Below, piece by piece: positions 63,524 to 64,000 of a stretch of DNA of 64,000 nucleotides. Position numbers and translations under genes: made by a program. Below the pieces are notes generated by a model. The model was not told the origin of the DNA. It ran no database searches and worked only from the letters and a program-made list of their open reading frames with translations. Source of the stretch: Spirochaetales bacterium Spiro_07 (lineage in GTDB: Bacteria > Spirochaetota > Spirochaetia > Treponematales > Treponemataceae); NCBI GenBank assembly GCA_001603145.1, contig LVBI01000014.1, forward strand, positions 23,558 through 87,557. The letters are read 5' to 3'. Position 1 is the stretch's first letter; every line of letters starts with the position of its first letter.

Positions 63524-64000
63524 ATGCCTAAAATTGAAGTTAACGAAAAACTTTTTTTTAACCTGCTTGGTAAAAAGTATGATTATGCAAAATTAGAGAA
63601 CCGCCTTGAAAGCGGAAAAGCAGAACTTGACGAAAAACCGGACGAATCGCTGCCGGAAGATCAGCGTGTCATTAAAATTGAGCTTAACGACACAAACCGC
63701 CCGGACTTATGGTCAACAGCCGGTATTGCACGATGCCTTCGAATTCATGACGGCGGCAAGCGTACCGATTATTCAGAATTTCTTTCTACAAAAAGCAAGA
63801 CCTGCGATTTCGGCAACCGCGTTGTAAACGTAAATGCTAACATCAAAGATATAAGACCTTTTATGACAGCATTTGTCATTTCCGGCAAACCGATTGATGA
63901 GCCGATGCTTCTCGACATCATTCAGACTCAGGAAAAACTTTGCTGGAACTACGGCCGCAAACGCCGCTCAATTTCTATGGGTGTTTATCGCTCGGCAAAC
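63524..64000 (+). CDS. pheT: Phenylalanine--tRNA ligase beta subunit, archaeal type (3'-truncated by window edge)
   Basis: Not in the ORF track because there is no stop in the window. Manual translation from ATG 63524: MPKIEVNEKLFFNLLGKKYDY...IKIELNDTNRPDLWSTAGIARCL...RPFMTAFVISG...IQTQEKLCWNYGRKRRSISMGVY. Confidence 0.8.
   Translation, partial: MPKIEVNEKLFFNLLGKKYDYAKLENRLESGKAELDEKPDESLPEDQRVIKIELNDTNRPDLWSTAGIARCLRIHDGGKRTDYSEFLSTKSKTCDFGNRVVNVNANIKDIRPFMTAFVISGKPIDEPMLLDIIQTQEKLCWNYGRKRRSISMGVYRSAN

Noticed and set aside
1-64000. CRISPR arrays, rRNA/tRNA genes, transposases, prophage genes
   Set aside because: I scanned the intergenic regions and the ORF list. I found no regularly spaced direct repeats, no tRNA-like cloverleaf candidates, and no integrase, transposase, capsid or terminase-like proteins.

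Overview
The window is a chromosomal segment with about 55 protein genes. I saw no rRNA, tRNA, CRISPR array, transposase or integrase. The gene content suggests a host-associated Treponema-type spirochaete: archaeal-type PheRS alpha and beta subunits, a FabV/TER-type enoyl reductase, FlgM, an MCP, and many c-di-GMP and two-component genes. That taxonomic call is inference only.

Core blocks:
- 1-6.3 kb: a GH8 hydrolase plus an oligosaccharide ABC importer.
- 6.7-13.9 kb: a tightly coupled 7-gene shikimate/chorismate operon that includes a chorismate mutase-AroE-AroK triple fusion.
- 14.1-21.5 kb: a signalling block with an MCP, a 1509-aa hybrid kinase carrying a degenerate GGDEF domain, and a stand-alone receiver.
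- Scattered single genes and small groups: pheS, an NlpC/P60 peptidase with a long Ala/Gln-rich tail, an acyl-CoA ligase, a Cache-EAL phosphodiesterase, mtnN, trkAH, rsmI, flgM and htpG.
- 51.6-57.2 kb: a fabH-D-G-F-Z-V operon with no acpP.
- pheT runs off the 3' end of the window.

Accessory content:
- Two visibly AT-rich islets (about 36.2-37.8 kb and 47.2-49.6 kb) encode small exported proteins. Each is bounded by duplicated junction sequences.
- One junction duplicate is a 15-codon copy of a neighbouring gene's 3' end. It differs from the original only by synonymous changes.
- A family of short 'GTCATT-stem-loop-stem-AATGAC' hairpin repeats sits at terminator regions. One composite copy lies in frame inside a CDS.

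Best candidate for a new system: 57.4-61.6 kb encodes a RavA-like MoxR AAA+ ATPase fused to a C-terminal FGE-sulfatase (SUMF1-like) domain. It is followed 15 nt later by a long coiled-coil ViaA-like vWA protein, next to a DUF4143 AAA ATPase.

All coordinates, motifs and hairpins were read by eye. No searches or computations were run.
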